Positions 19,906-29,885 of a stretch of 64,000 nucleotides of DNA are shown in pieces; within the stretch, counting starts at the first letter, position 1; each line of letters begins with the position of its first letter. Position numbers and translations under genes: made by a program. This DNA comes from Candidatus Thorarchaeota archaeon (GTDB taxonomy: Archaea; Asgardarchaeota; Thorarchaeia; Thorarchaeales; Thorarchaeaceae): NCBI GenBank assembly GCA_048884785.1, contig JBHLQM010000004.1:41227-105226 (forward strand). The letters are read 5' to 3'. The notes beneath the pieces are model-generated. The model was not told the origin of the DNA. It worked only from the letters and a program-made list of their open reading frames with translations, and did no database searches.

Positions 19906-21267
19906 ATGGTCAATCACATTGCCATTATAGGATGTGGTGCTGCTGGTGCGACAGCGGCAATGCAAGCCCGCAAATTCAATCGTGATGTCAAGATTTCTAT
20001 CTTCAATACTGAGAAGTATTCTCAGTACTCTCGATGCGGTCTTCCATATACAATCTCTGGTAAAGTCAAGGAGTTTGAAGATTTGGTCCTCATGGCTCCT
20101 GAAAATTGGAATGCAATCAAAGTGGAAGCGTACCTCGGATCAATAGTCACAGAGATTGAACATGAAAAACGAGTTCTAAGCTATGAAGGTACTGATGGAA
20201 TAGGGAGTATAGAATATGATGCTTTGATATTTGCTACAGGAGCAGAAAATGCTGATCCACCCATCAAAGGATTAGAAAAACAACGCGTATACGGGTTGCG
20301 AACACTTGATGATGCAAAGGCACTCGCTGTTGAAGCCGAAAAGGCGAGGAATATTGTTGTTGTTGGAGGCGGTCTTGTGGGCATGGAAACCGCAGAGGCA
20401 TTTCACGAACGAGGTGTGAGTGTAACGGTAATTGAATTCTTACCCAATATCCTATTGGCAATGGTGGACCCCGATTATGCAACAATTGTTGAAGATCATT
20501 GCATTGAGCATGGTATTGAGATTCTTACAAATACAGCAGCTCAGGAAATCCTCGGAGGAGATGCCCCTGAAGCTGTTCTGGCAAAAAGCAGAGTTACAAA
20601 TGAAAGTATTACAATCCCAGCCGATGCCGTTGTTGTTGCCACAGGTGTTAGGGCAAAAACTGAGCTGGCTCAGAAAATTGGAGTCAAGGTTGGCCCAACT
20701 CGAGGAATAATAGTCGATGAAAACATGATGACGAATATCGACAAGGTGTATGCATGTGGGGACTGTGCTGAGCATGTAGATTTCATAACCCGAAAGCCCA
20801 TGACTGGAGGGCTTGGTACAGTTGCAGTAAGACAAGGCCGTGTTGCTGGAATCAACGCTGCAGGAGGAGATGTTTCATTCCCTGGAATTGTTGGAGCAAA
20901 AGTAACAAAGCTTTTTGGCATGGAGATTGCAAGTACCGGACTTACTGAAGATTTAGCAAAGCGATTTGAAGTAGAAGTTGCAAAGGGTTCGATTAAGGGG
21001 GGAACAAAGCCACCATATTATGTCGGCGGTCATGAATTAAAAGTGAAGACATATTATAACAAAGAAACAGGCAAGCTCGTCGGAGGACAACTCCTCGGCG
21101 TGGAAGATGCTGCAATGAGGATTAATGTGATAACCCTTGGAATACAGCAGAATATCGATGCATTAGATCTATTTGACTTCGAAAACTGCTATGCACCGGC
21201 TATATGCGACACATGGGATCCATTGGTCCAATCGGCTGATGCCGCACGTCGAAGATTAAAGCTATAG
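19906..21267 (+). CDS. FAD-dependent CoA-disulfide reductase / NADH oxidase family protein
   Basis: GCGAAG, single redox Cys YSRCGLPY, GGGLVGME, YACGDC, C-terminal CYAP dimerisation motif. Confidence 0.9.
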   Translation: MVNHIAIIGCGAAGATAAMQARKFNRDVKISIFNTEKYSQYSRCGLPYTISGKVKEFEDLVLMAPENWNAIKVEAYLGSIVTEIEHEKRVLSYEGTDGIGSIEYDALIFATGAENADPPIKGLEKQRVYGLRTLDDAKALAVEAEKARNIVVVGGGLVGMETAEAFHERGVSVTVIEFLPNILLAMVDPDYATIVEDHCIEHGIEILTNTAAQEILGGDAPEAVLAKSRVTNESITIPADAVVVATGVRAKTELAQKIGVKVGPTRGIIVDENMMTNIDKVYACGDCAEHVDFITRKPMTGGLGTVAVRQGRVAGINAAGGDVSFPGIVGAKVTKLFGMEIASTGLTEDLAKRFEVEVAKGSIKGGTKPPYYVGGHELKVKTYYNKETGKLVGGQLLGVEDAAMRINVITLGIQQNIDALDLFDFENCYAPAICDTWDPLVQSADAARRRLKL

Positions 21268-21294
21268 AGTTAGGGGCGATAGGTGGTTTTCCTC

Positions 21295-21753
21295 TCATGT
21301 CCCTGGGCCTGCAATGATATGTGCATTGTCTAGAGCGTATTGAAGGGAGCTAAGCTGGGTAGGCGAGCCCACGACAATGATTACTTTCTCAATCTGACAC
21401 CCTTTCTGACAATGTGTGTGAATTGCCCGTACTATCTCTTCGGCCACTTCCCAGCTAGGTATTCGTGATGTTTCAAATCCGGTTGTGAAAAAACATACTG
21501 ATTTCTCAGAGAGCGAATCAGCCTTTTCTAGAGCATTTGTTACAGCATTGAACAGATTCTTTCTTCTTTGAGGATCCCCCATTGATATGGAAGGCCAAAA
21601 GTCTCTATTTCTTGCAGAACTCGATTCTTGGATTGTGATACCCATGCCCAACCCTATCTCTATGTTCTTTGTAGCAACTGATAGGCCAATGTCTTTATCA
21701 TCAAAAGGTCCCATTTGCGCCTTTACAGATATTTCCTGGAACAACCACTCCAT
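21295..21753 (-). CDS. Hypothetical protein resembling the C-terminal half of a macro domain
   Basis: LFNAVTNALEKADSLSEKSVCF...PSWEVAEEIVRAI...IEKVIIVV pattern. Confidence 0.55.
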   Translation of the reverse strand: MEWLFQEISVKAQMGPFDDKDIGLSVATKNIEIGLGMGITIQESSSARNRDFWPSISMGDPQRRKNLFNAVTNALEKADSLSEKSVCFFTTGFETSRIPSWEVAEEIVRAIHTHCQKGCQIEKVIIVVGSPTQLSSLQYALDNAHIIAGPGT

Positions 21754-21941
21754 TTTCTGACCCCTTGTCCTATGTTACCCACCATCTATTGCATTTATTC
21801 AGCAATTAATGTCCATTCAATATGTCATCATTCCGTAAAAAAATAGCTGTAATGAGCGAAAATATCTCACATGAGGGATCGCATTCCAAACCCAGGGACT
21901 ACCCTAGTCAGAGCACAATCCTTTTTGGTGGAAAGTAAGTC

Positions 21942-22535
21942 TTGCGCTTGGCGAGAAACCTGAACGATGTAACTCATGAGGAATACCTGCATCTCTGTAA
22001 GAAATATGGCACTCCAATGAAGTGTCATTTTGAGGCTAAATTCCTAGATTTTGAATGCGACCTCGTCCGATCAAGCTCCTCAAAGGGGCGACAACATGAC
22101 ATAACATGCTTCATTCCACGTGATGATGGGTGGGTCACTATTCAGAAGCATGCATACTCAGGGACCGGAATTTTCAGAGCACCTTCTGGGGGAGCTCATT
22201 TTGGCGAATCTCTCGAGATTGCGGCAGAGCGGGAGATGAAGGAAGAAACTGGATTGGATATTGAACTGAAGCATTTCATGGTAGATATCTCGCTTGAAGT
22301 TAAGTGCAGCGAAGGAATTATTCCATGGAGGTCTCTAGTGTTTCTTGCGGAAGCTGTGGGCGGTGAGATGAAGGCCATTGATACCGATGAGATATCCGAT
22401 GTGAGGGTGTCTCTTAGAGAGGACATGCTTGGACCAATCAATCAGCTTATGGAGAACTCAGGCTGGGGAGGTTTTGCGTACAGGGCTTTCCTTACAACTA
22501 AGTTCTTTGAAGCACTAGATGGTGAGCGAAAGTAG
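21942..22535 (+). CDS. NUDIX hydrolase
   Basis: Nudix box GGAHFGESLEIAAEREMKEETGL. Confidence 0.9.
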   Translation: MRLARNLNDVTHEEYLHLCKKYGTPMKCHFEAKFLDFECDLVRSSSSKGRQHDITCFIPRDDGWVTIQKHAYSGTGIFRAPSGGAHFGESLEIAAEREMKEETGLDIELKHFMVDISLEVKCSEGIIPWRSLVFLAEAVGGEMKAIDTDEISDVRVSLREDMLGPINQLMENSGWGGFAYRAFLTTKFFEALDGERK

Positions 22536-22554
22536 GAATACCTGTTATCCCGAT

Positions 22555-23616
22555 TTATTGATTCCATTTGCTCAGTGCTCGCTCCATGCACTCGATTGCT
22601 GCAAGGATGTGTGGTTTAGCATCTACCAGCAATTGGGATCCCATTGTCCTTTTTTCAACGGTGAATTCCTCCCCTTTCCAATTTCTCTCAACGCTAAATG
22701 GAAACAGTTCTGAGAATATCCTTAGTTTCTCAGCTGCATGCTTGTACTGATGCGATGCTTCAGCAAGATCTTCACCGAAAGGATGTTTTTTGTACCTCCT
22801 TGACAATCGCATTAGGAATGATGAGGCCAACTCCATTCCTTCTTTAGTGCATGCAGCGACATAGGAGTTCCCATGGTAATTGAGCTGCTTTACATCCTTC
22901 ATTTTTTTGGAGTCTTCTTCTGATTTTGGCACCACACCGGATTCAAGTATTCCTGCCCACTGAGATAATGCATCAGGACCTGGTACATACCTCGCATTGA
23001 TTTCATCATTCCCAAAATCGACACCTTTCGCGATTAGAACTGCACGCCTAATTGCCACTTTATCGAGGCTGTTGAGATTTGGTGTGTCAATCTTGGTTTC
23101 GAAAACCATCTTCGATAACCCTCCTGGTGCATTCAACTGGTCGAATCTAATGGGGTCTTCATCTTGACCCTGTAGACGTCTGAATGTGCTGACGATGTAA
23201 TGATCCCCATCAAAACCATTTACAATCCCAAATTCCGGTACAGGTATTCCCCAAATTCCTACAGGTCTATTTGTACGAGTTAGATTGGATTTGATATCCT
23301 CGAAATACTCACGTGCTCTAGCAATCTCATTTTCATCTTCACTTGGAGAATATGAAGGGCCTGTCCATCCAAATGTCACCTTCCACCCAAACGACTCCAG
23401 TCCCTCCCTAAAGAGGTCAAAGGGAGCCACAGTGGGTGCTGATGGGCAGGTAGTATCAATACTAGTATTCAGGTGGAATGCGTAGCCTGTATATCCGCCT
23501 GCATAGACCAAGTCAACTTCTTCATCCATGGCGCGAAGGATGCCAACAGCAGCAGATAGGTATGATATCCATGCCGGGACATATTCACCTTTGCTATCGA
23601 CTTCGAAATTATCCAT
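22555..23616 (-). CDS. Hypothetical soluble protein
   Basis: 353-aa ORF with GGAGG RBS; no motif I can name confidently. Confidence 0.7.
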   Translation of the reverse strand: MDNFEVDSKGEYVPAWISYLSAAVGILRAMDEEVDLVYAGGYTGYAFHLNTSIDTTCPSAPTVAPFDLFREGLESFGWKVTFGWTGPSYSPSEDENEIARAREYFEDIKSNLTRTNRPVGIWGIPVPEFGIVNGFDGDHYIVSTFRRLQGQDEDPIRFDQLNAPGGLSKMVFETKIDTPNLNSLDKVAIRRAVLIAKGVDFGNDEINARYVPGPDALSQWAGILESGVVPKSEEDSKKMKDVKQLNYHGNSYVAACTKEGMELASSFLMRLSRRYKKHPFGEDLAEASHQYKHAAEKLRIFSELFPFSVERNWKGEEFTVEKRTMGSQLLVDAKPHILAAIECMERALSKWNQ

Positions 23617-23806
23617 TCTTCAAATCCTCCAAAAATGCTCCTGTTACATTATTGCTTGCTGTTTTAATTTATTTGACATAGGAAATAATCAGTTTGCAAA
23701 TCTGATTAATACAATGGTATTTTGCATAGAAATGTATTTAGTTAAGTTGACGTTTACTCAGGGCGGCCTCATTTGATTTCCAATTGGGGCTGCGAGGTGT
23801 TCGTAA

Positions 23807-24190
23807 GTGGAAATTCCTAGTATTTTGAAATATACATTCTTATTTCATTTTATAGCCTGCTTGGTCTTTGGGGTCATATTTTTCCTGAGTCCAGAGATTT
23901 TTGTGGATTTGGTGGCGTGGCCTTTCTTAGACCCAATTGCAGGTAGGGTTTTGGGATCCATGTTTCTAGGATTTGCAGTTGCAAGTCTTTTGGGATACAG
24001 GGCCTCATCATGGGAAGAGGTGAAAATAGTAGTACTTGCGGATATTGTTTGGACTGTCTTTGGAACAATATCGATGATTTGGATGATAGCAGTATACCCA
24101 ACTGCTCCGTTCGCTGCTTGGTTTGAGCTGCTTTTGGTGGCTTTATTCATGGTGCTCTTCTTGTACTGCTACATGAAGGTCAAAAGATAG
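23807..24190 (+). CDS. Small 4-TM membrane protein
   Basis: Four hydrophobic segments; GAGGTG RBS. Confidence 0.75.
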   Translation: MEIPSILKYTFLFHFIACLVFGVIFFLSPEIFVDLVAWPFLDPIAGRVLGSMFLGFAVASLLGYRASSWEEVKIVVLADIVWTVFGTISMIWMIAVYPTAPFAAWFELLLVALFMVLFLYCYMKVKR

Positions 24191-24317
24191 GCAAATGCAT
24201 CTAGGATTCGGATTAGGCTCAGTTTTGAGAATCTCTTTTGGCTGAGCTGTATGAGAACTTGAATAGGACTCGAACCTATCTGGTAGTCCAGACTATTGAA
24301 TTCAGAAAATTAGTTGG

Positions 24318-24341
24318 TGACTGCGGCAATCGCCGCAGTCA
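24318..24341 (-). terminator. Perfect 10-bp-stem hairpin just after the second tfb stop
   Basis: TGACTGCGGC-AATC-GCCGCAGTCA. Confidence 0.6.
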
Positions 24342-24349
24342 TTCATATA

Positions 24350-25318
24350 CTATGGTGCCATTGTCAGCTGAAGTTTCTTTACAAGCTCCTTGTAACGGTT
24401 TCTTATAGTAACCTCAGTAACTCCAGCAGTCTTGGCGATTGCCCTTTGAGTGATTCTTTGATCAGTCAGAATCGAAGCAATGTAGATTGCAGCAGCTGCA
24501 AGTCCTCTCGGATCCCTGCCTGTCACAAGATTTCTCTCTCTCCTTGCCTTCTCCAGCAACTCTAAAGTCATAGACTGTACCTCTGCTGGGAGTCCAAGTT
24601 CAGTTACAAATCTCGTTACGTATGTTTCAGGCCCTGGAATGGGCATCCTAAGCTTGAGTTTGGTTGCAAGCATCCTATAATGAGCGCCAATCTTCTTCTT
24701 CGAAACCGGCGATAGAACAGCTATCTCTTCAAGTGATCTTGGCGATTCTCTGAGTCTGCATGCGGCGTAAATAGACGCAGCAACAGTTGCATCTATTGAT
24801 CTGCTCTTTGCAAGTCGGCCTACAATGAGTTTCCTGTATAGCATAGCTGCTAGCTCTCTTATACCATTAGAAAGGCCTAGCTGCGAAGCTAATCTATCCA
24901 TCTCAGTCATAGCCTGAGCTAGATTTCGATCCATGGAGCTGTGTACACGTGTACGTATCTGCCATTTTCGCAACCGGAAAATTTGGGCACGCTGAGATGA
25001 TGTAAAGCGTTTACCCTGTGAGTCATGGTCGCGCCAGTCAATCATGGTTGACAGACCCTTGTCATGAATTGCGAAATTGGTCGGTGCTCCAGTCCTTGAG
25101 CGTGCATCTTTCTCATCTGATGTAAATGCCCTCCATTCAGGACCCGAATCAATGCGGTGGTCACTTAGTACCAATCCGCATGTTGCACAGATTATCTCCC
25201 CCTTCTCATTATCTCGAATGATCTCAGATCCTCCGCAATCTGAGCATGATTTTATGGTTTCATTCGAAAGGCTATTCTTACTACTTATTTTACTTCTATT
25301 ACCTAAACTAGCTACCAT
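24350..25318 (-). CDS. tfb: Transcription initiation factor IIB (TFB), paralogue 2
   Basis: Zn ribbon CSDC/CATC, B-reader GPEWRAF, HDKGLST, two cyclin repeats, GVTEVTIRNRYKEL. Confidence 0.96.
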   Translation of the reverse strand: MVASLGNRSKISSKNSLSNETIKSCSDCGGSEIIRDNEKGEIICATCGLVLSDHRIDSGPEWRAFTSDEKDARSRTGAPTNFAIHDKGLSTMIDWRDHDSQGKRFTSSQRAQIFRLRKWQIRTRVHSSMDRNLAQAMTEMDRLASQLGLSNGIRELAAMLYRKLIVGRLAKSRSIDATVAASIYAACRLRESPRSLEEIAVLSPVSKKKIGAHYRMLATKLKLRMPIPGPETYVTRFVTELGLPAEVQSMTLELLEKARRERNLVTGRDPRGLAAAAIYIASILTDQRITQRAIAKTAGVTEVTIRNRYKELVKKLQLTMAP

Positions 25319-25395
25319 CTTGTTTAGTTCTCTCTCCTATGTGATTGCGATCACGTGTCGCGTGCTTTTTTTCCTTGTCTTTTGTATGCGGCGTA

Positions 25396-26361
25396 TCAAG
25401 GAGCCATTGTGATGTGAAGTTTGTTCACCAGTTCCTTGTACCTGTTTCTGACCGTAACCTCAGTCACTCCAGCTGCAACTGCTATGTCTCTTTGAGTCAC
25501 ACGGTGGTCTGTGAGTATTGAGGCAATGTATATTGCCGCTGCAGCAAGCCCCCTCGGGTCACGACCTGTAACGAGTGTTCTATTGGCCCTTGCCTGTTCA
25601 AGTATTTCGAGCACCTTCTGTTGTACGATGCCAGGGAGCCCCAGTTGAGTGATGAATCTCGGCACATAATTTGCCGGATCCGAAATAGGCATTCTTAGCT
25701 TAAGCTTTTCAACTAGCAATCGATAGTGCTGTCCAATCTTCTTCTTACTCACGCGCGAATGCCGCGAAATCTCTTCAAGAGACCTCGGAGACGATCTCAG
25801 TCTGCAGGCTGCATATATTGCTGCTCCTACCATTGCATCAATAGACCTGCTTCTGGCAAGTCTTCGCACAATGAGTTTTCTGTACAGCAAAGCTGCAAGT
25901 TCCTTGATACTTTTGGTCAGTCCAAGCTGAGATGAAAGTCTTTCAAGCTCGGACATCGCCTGAGCAAGGTTTCTGTCCACAGAGCTATGTACGCGAGTAC
26001 GAATCTGCCATTTTCTAAGACGATAGATCTCAGAACGTTTTTTGGCAGAAAACTTCTTTCCTGAAGAGTCATGGTCACGCCAGTCAATCATGGTTGATAG
26101 ACCTTTGTCATGGATTGCATAATTGGTTGGTGCTCCAGCCCTGGAACGTGCGTCCTTTTCGTCTGAGGTGAATGCCCTCCATTCTGGTCCAGTGTCAATT
26201 CTATGATCACTAAGGACCAATCCGCAAGTGGCACAGATTTTCTCACCTTTCTCAATGTCCTGCACGACTTCTGAACCGCCGCACTCAGGACATGTGAATT
26301 CTGCGGAATCTGTGCGTGCGCGTCCTTCTGAACGCCTCTTTTTATCTTGTCTGGATGACAT
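25396..26361 (-). CDS. tfb: Transcription initiation factor IIB (TFB), paralogue 1
   Basis: CPEC/CATC, GPEWRAF, RLRKWQ, GVTEVTVRNRYKEL; GAGGTGA RBS. Confidence 0.96.
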   Translation of the reverse strand: MSSRQDKKRRSEGRARTDSAEFTCPECGGSEVVQDIEKGEKICATCGLVLSDHRIDTGPEWRAFTSDEKDARSRAGAPTNYAIHDKGLSTMIDWRDHDSSGKKFSAKKRSEIYRLRKWQIRTRVHSSVDRNLAQAMSELERLSSQLGLTKSIKELAALLYRKLIVRRLARSRSIDAMVGAAIYAACRLRSSPRSLEEISRHSRVSKKKIGQHYRLLVEKLKLRMPISDPANYVPRFITQLGLPGIVQQKVLEILEQARANRTLVTGRDPRGLAAAAIYIASILTDHRVTQRDIAVAAGVTEVTVRNRYKELVNKLHITMAP

Positions 26362-26497
26362 CCCTCTTCACCTCATACCTTCTGGGCTACCATTGACTGC
26401 GCCTTCTAAGAAATCATCCTTGCCGCAACAAATCCGTTTCAGAAAGTGGCGCTTTGTTATAGTATTCGCCTCGTCAGGTTCCGCTACAAGGGAAACC

Positions 26498-26518
26498 TTA
26501 TATACAATAGTATATAAA
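26498..26518. promoter_or_regulatory. Palindromic double TATA element upstream of the tfb pair
   Basis: TTATATAC-AATA-GTATATAA, perfect 8-bp arms; reads TTTATATA on the minus strand. Confidence 0.55.
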
Positions 26519-26849
26519 CATTGCGGTGGTTCCACTGAACTCGTTCTATAAGAAGCTTGTGCTATGTTGCCGTGCGGGAATTTTGTTTTAAAACTTACGA
26601 AGAGCTTGAAAAGGAAGTTTTGACTCCCTCTGTTAAGCCAAAAGTGCAGTTTTGAGGGCGTCTGGCTCAAAAAGCTCATGTACTGCCTTCCTAAAATCAA
26701 GATTTGGCAAATTCTCCTTTAATATTTGCTCGAGAATTGCTATATTCTCACTATATAGTATAGAGCATTACCTGGTTTAGGAGGCTGGTTTCTGTAAAAT
26801 GCGGATTTAATATATTGATAGTCATACAAATATCTGAGGTGCATGTGAA

Positions 26850-27293
26850 TTGGAGGGATGGTTAGAGTGCCCCATAGAATGGGCTTACTATATTCATCCA
26901 GCACGACTAGAAATGTTTCGTGTCTGGAAGATGGTTCCAATTGGAGGTATAATCCTAAGTAAGATCCCCGTGAAACAGGCGGATGGAAGAAACTTCGTTT
27001 CCACCGAGTACATTGTTGTCGAGAAACATGGCTTGAGAGCATTAACCGGAAAGGATGAGGCTACCCTCATCCTTGCTCAACAGTCAATTCGATTCATAAA
27101 GAAAAACGAATCGTTTCCGCCGCATTGCAGGATGCTGAGAACGTATTCGAATGGTGATGCTGATCTCCTCTTTAGGCCTTCCAATTATGATGTATTTGAA
27201 ATTCATATTTCCTGTACCTCATTTGGTGAGAATTTTGCCGCGTATCTGGCTTTGCTGAAAGTTAGGAATTCTGAAGGAATTTCCACTCACTAA
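26850..27293 (+). CDS. Hypothetical protein (start uncertain)
   Basis: Open frame filling an otherwise empty gap; GGAGGT at ~26943 suggests a later start. Confidence 0.5.
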   Translation: MEGWLECPIEWAYYIHPARLEMFRVWKMVPIGGIILSKIPVKQADGRNFVSTEYIVVEKHGLRALTGKDEATLILAQQSIRFIKKNESFPPHCRMLRTYSNGDADLLFRPSNYDVFEIHISCTSFGENFAAYLALLKVRNSEGISTH

Positions 27294-27359
27294 TATGGGA
27301 ATACTGGATACCTAAAAATATATTAACTATTGTTATCAACCTCCCTATGAGGACTAGTT

Positions 27360-27842
27360 ATGCCCGAAGAAGAGAAGTTCACTCTTAATGAGTTTCACAA
27401 GAAAATGGGTGCCAAGACCAATGGTGGGGTCTGGGGATTTCTGGATGATTCAACTCCAACCACCGCTGGGTTTGAAGATGCATTGGAAATGGCACATACA
27501 TCTCGCTACCATTGGAGACAGGTAGGCACGTTGACAAATGATGTTCGTGCTGTCTACATGATTGCTCGTGTGTATGCACATATGGGTCATGGGGATTCTG
27601 CAATGCACTATGCCAAAATAATGCTTGGTCTTGCTAAAAAAGCAGAGAAAGAAGATGCTGCCAACTGGAAATCATTTGACATGCCTTTTGTATATGAAGC
27701 AATGGCAAAATCATATGCAGCTGCTAGAAAGAAGGATGAATGCAAGAAATTCAGAAAAATGTCTCAGGATCTAATCAACAATCTGACAGACAAACAGGAC
27801 AAGGAAATTTGCCAAGCAGAATTGGATAAACTGAAATGCTAG
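27360..27842 (+). CDS. Conserved hypothetical alpha-helical protein
   Basis: GAGGA RBS; AHTSRYHWRQVG...YMIARVYA...FVYEAMAKSY TPR-like pattern. Confidence 0.75.
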   Translation: MPEEEKFTLNEFHKKMGAKTNGGVWGFLDDSTPTTAGFEDALEMAHTSRYHWRQVGTLTNDVRAVYMIARVYAHMGHGDSAMHYAKIMLGLAKKAEKEDAANWKSFDMPFVYEAMAKSYAAARKKDECKKFRKMSQDLINNLTDKQDKEICQAELDKLKC

Positions 27843-28105
27843 GAATAGGCGAATCGTTTGCCTTTCTCAGTCACATAGTATATTCTACCAGAAGTGTTGT
27901 CTGTGCAGTTGGCTGCTGAAGTATTACAGCTGGAGCAATGTGAATCATCTGATATGCTACAGTCACTAACCCTTAGCATACCTCTTCTAGTGAGCAGGTC
28001 CAGCATATCATCCAAGGTTTCGTGTTGGACGCCAACTGTCAAGGCAATATCCTGTTTACTCCTCATACCTGCTTCCATGATAAGTTGAACAATTCTCTTT
28101 AGCAA
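27839..28105 (-). CDS. feoC: FeoC-like winged-helix protein with Cys cluster
   Basis: wHTH (SKQDIALTVGV...LDLLTRRGML) plus CSISDDSHCSSCNTSAANC; last gene of the feo operon. Confidence 0.75.
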   Translation of the reverse strand: MLKRIVQLIMEAGMRSKQDIALTVGVQHETLDDMLDLLTRRGMLRVSDCSISDDSHCSSCNTSAANCTDNTSGRIYYVTEKGKRFAYS

Positions 28106-28108
28106 TAC

Positions 28109-28564
28109 TTAGCCCCCTGCATGCATCATCTTATTCTCAATAGGGATTCTTCCTGTTAGTTTGAGATATGCAGCAGCAATGAGTATCACGAAAAACAGCC
28201 AGATGGCCGGGGAGAAATCGTCCAGTGGTGACCAATTAATCCAATCATCGAAAGCTAGGAGTCTTCCAAGCGCGTTTGTGCCAATAACAATGAGATGTAG
28301 CGCAAACAAGACTGCTGCAAGACCTGATGCAACAAGTGTGTATGCATACCCCTCGAACTGTCTATCTCTCAGTGGTTTCAATCCGGTGAGATATACAGAG
28401 CCTACAATTACAAGCATTAGAGAGGAAATCATATCACTTGATCCAGGAAGAGAAAATGTGTAGCCAAAACCCAATATGAGGTACAAGAATCCTATAATCG
28501 TATAAAGAGCCCCAAGTACTGCATTGGCGTAAAAGGGCCATTTGGACAAGCTAGTTTTACCCAA
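28109..28564 (-). CDS. 4-TM membrane protein within feo operon
   Basis: Hydrophobic segments; overlaps the stop of the feoB membrane gene. Confidence 0.75.
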   Translation of the reverse strand: MGKTSLSKWPFYANAVLGALYTIIGFLYLILGFGYTFSLPGSSDMISSLMLVIVGSVYLTGLKPLRDRQFEGYAYTLVASGLAAVLFALHLIVIGTNALGRLLAFDDWINWSPLDDFSPAIWLFFVILIAAAYLKLTGRIPIENKMMHAGG

Positions 28565-29885
28565 TGAATATCCCCCCTATTAGAACAACAACGAAAGCGA
28601 CTACGTAGGCCAAGGCAACTTGATAGAATACTGAGAATGCTGCCCATTTCCATGATCCGGTTTCCTTTCTTATGGTACCAATTGTGGCAATACATGGAGT
28701 ATATAGAAGTACGAAAACCATGAGTGCCAATGCCTGCACAGGTCCTAGGAGACCTGTCAAGCCAATGGCGATTGCTGCTTCGCTCTGAGTGGAAAAAATG
28801 ATTCCCAGAGATTCAACTACTACTTCTTTTGCGAGAAGGCCGAATAATAATGCAGTCACAATTTGCCACGGGAATCCAAGTGGTGCAAATAAAGGCTCCA
28901 TCGTAGTACCAAGCAATGCTACAAAGGATTCCTCCACAGGGACACCAAATCCTGTAGGTCCAACATTAGCAATGAACCATATCAATATGGCACCTGCAAC
29001 CAAATAGGTCCCTGCTTTCTTCAAGAAGAGAACTCCTCTCTCCCAGGCATGAGTAAGCGTTCCATGGAATGTAGGAACCTGATACATTGGGAGCTCCATT
29101 AGAAGGGGTGATGCTTGTTCTTTAAAGAGGGTCTTTTTGAAGACAAGAGCCATAATCACGGCCATCAGAATTCCCAGCAAATACATGAGGAATACCATTG
29201 TTCCTGCAAAATCCGGGAAGAAGACTCCCGCAATCAGAACATACACGGGCAGACGAGCCGCACATGACATTAGTGGACTCACGAGTATAGTTGTTAGTCT
29301 ATTGGCTTCACCATCAACTGTCCTGGCAGCCATGATTGCTGGAACGCTGCAACCAAATCCTAGTAACAGGGGAATGAAAGACCTGCCATGTAGCCCCATC
29401 TTCATCATTATTCTATCCATGACAAACGCTGCCCTTGCAAGATATCCGCTATCTTCAAGCATCGAGATTGTCATGTACATGAACAGAATAGGTGGCAGAA
29501 ATACGATAATAAAACCAACTCCACCGATTATTCCGTCTGTTATGAGAGATGCTAGCCATGAGATTTGTATTTGGGTGGTGTAGCTTGCCAGCAATGCCAA
29601 CATAGCCTCAATCATCGACATGAAGACTTTACTAGCTTCGAATGTGAAGTGGAACATCACCCAAACTACTAGGAGGAAAATTGGAAGACCCAGATATTTG
29701 TGTAGAAACACTTTATCGAGCATATCGCTAAGGGTCCATTTTCCTTGACCTGGTTGATACACTTGACATAGGATGTCTCCGATTACCTGATACCTTTCAT
29801 CAGCAAGAATCAACTGGTTATCATAGATTTCATCATCTTCGAAGTCCTCAACGACATCATTCGATGACATGTTTTTTGGAATCAT
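28557..29885 (-). CDS. feoB: Ferrous iron transporter FeoB, membrane (gate) portion
   Basis: ADERY, LEDSGYLARAAF, GFGCSVPA, MSCAARLPVY, ELPMY, LYTPCIAT. Confidence 0.93.
   Translation of the reverse strand: MIPKNMSSNDVVEDFEDDEIYDNQLILADERYQVIGDILCQVYQPGQGKWTLSDMLDKVFLHKYLGLPIFLLVVWVMFHFTFEASKVFMSMIEAMLALLASYTTQIQISWLASLITDGIIGGVGFIIVFLPPILFMYMTISMLEDSGYLARAAFVMDRIMMKMGLHGRSFIPLLLGFGCSVPAIMAARTVDGEANRLTTILVSPLMSCAARLPVYVLIAGVFFPDFAGTMVFLMYLLGILMAVIMALVFKKTLFKEQASPLLMELPMYQVPTFHGTLTHAWERGVLFLKKAGTYLVAGAILIWFIANVGPTGFGVPVEESFVALLGTTMEPLFAPLGFPWQIVTALLFGLLAKEVVVESLGIIFSTQSEAAIAIGLTGLLGPVQALALMVFVLLYTPCIATIGTIRKETGSWKWAAFSVFYQVALAYVVAFVVVLIGGIFIG

Noticed and set aside
24263-24279. tRNA T-arm-like ATAGG-TTCGAGT-CCTAT on the minus strand
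   Set aside because: No acceptor, D or anticodon arm can be folded around it; at most a relic, and no integrase nearby
26368-27042. ORFs 26368-26700 and 26740-27042
   Set aside because: They overlap promoter elements or an opposite-strand ORF, have atypical composition and no motif; no gar1-like gene is evident upstream of tfb
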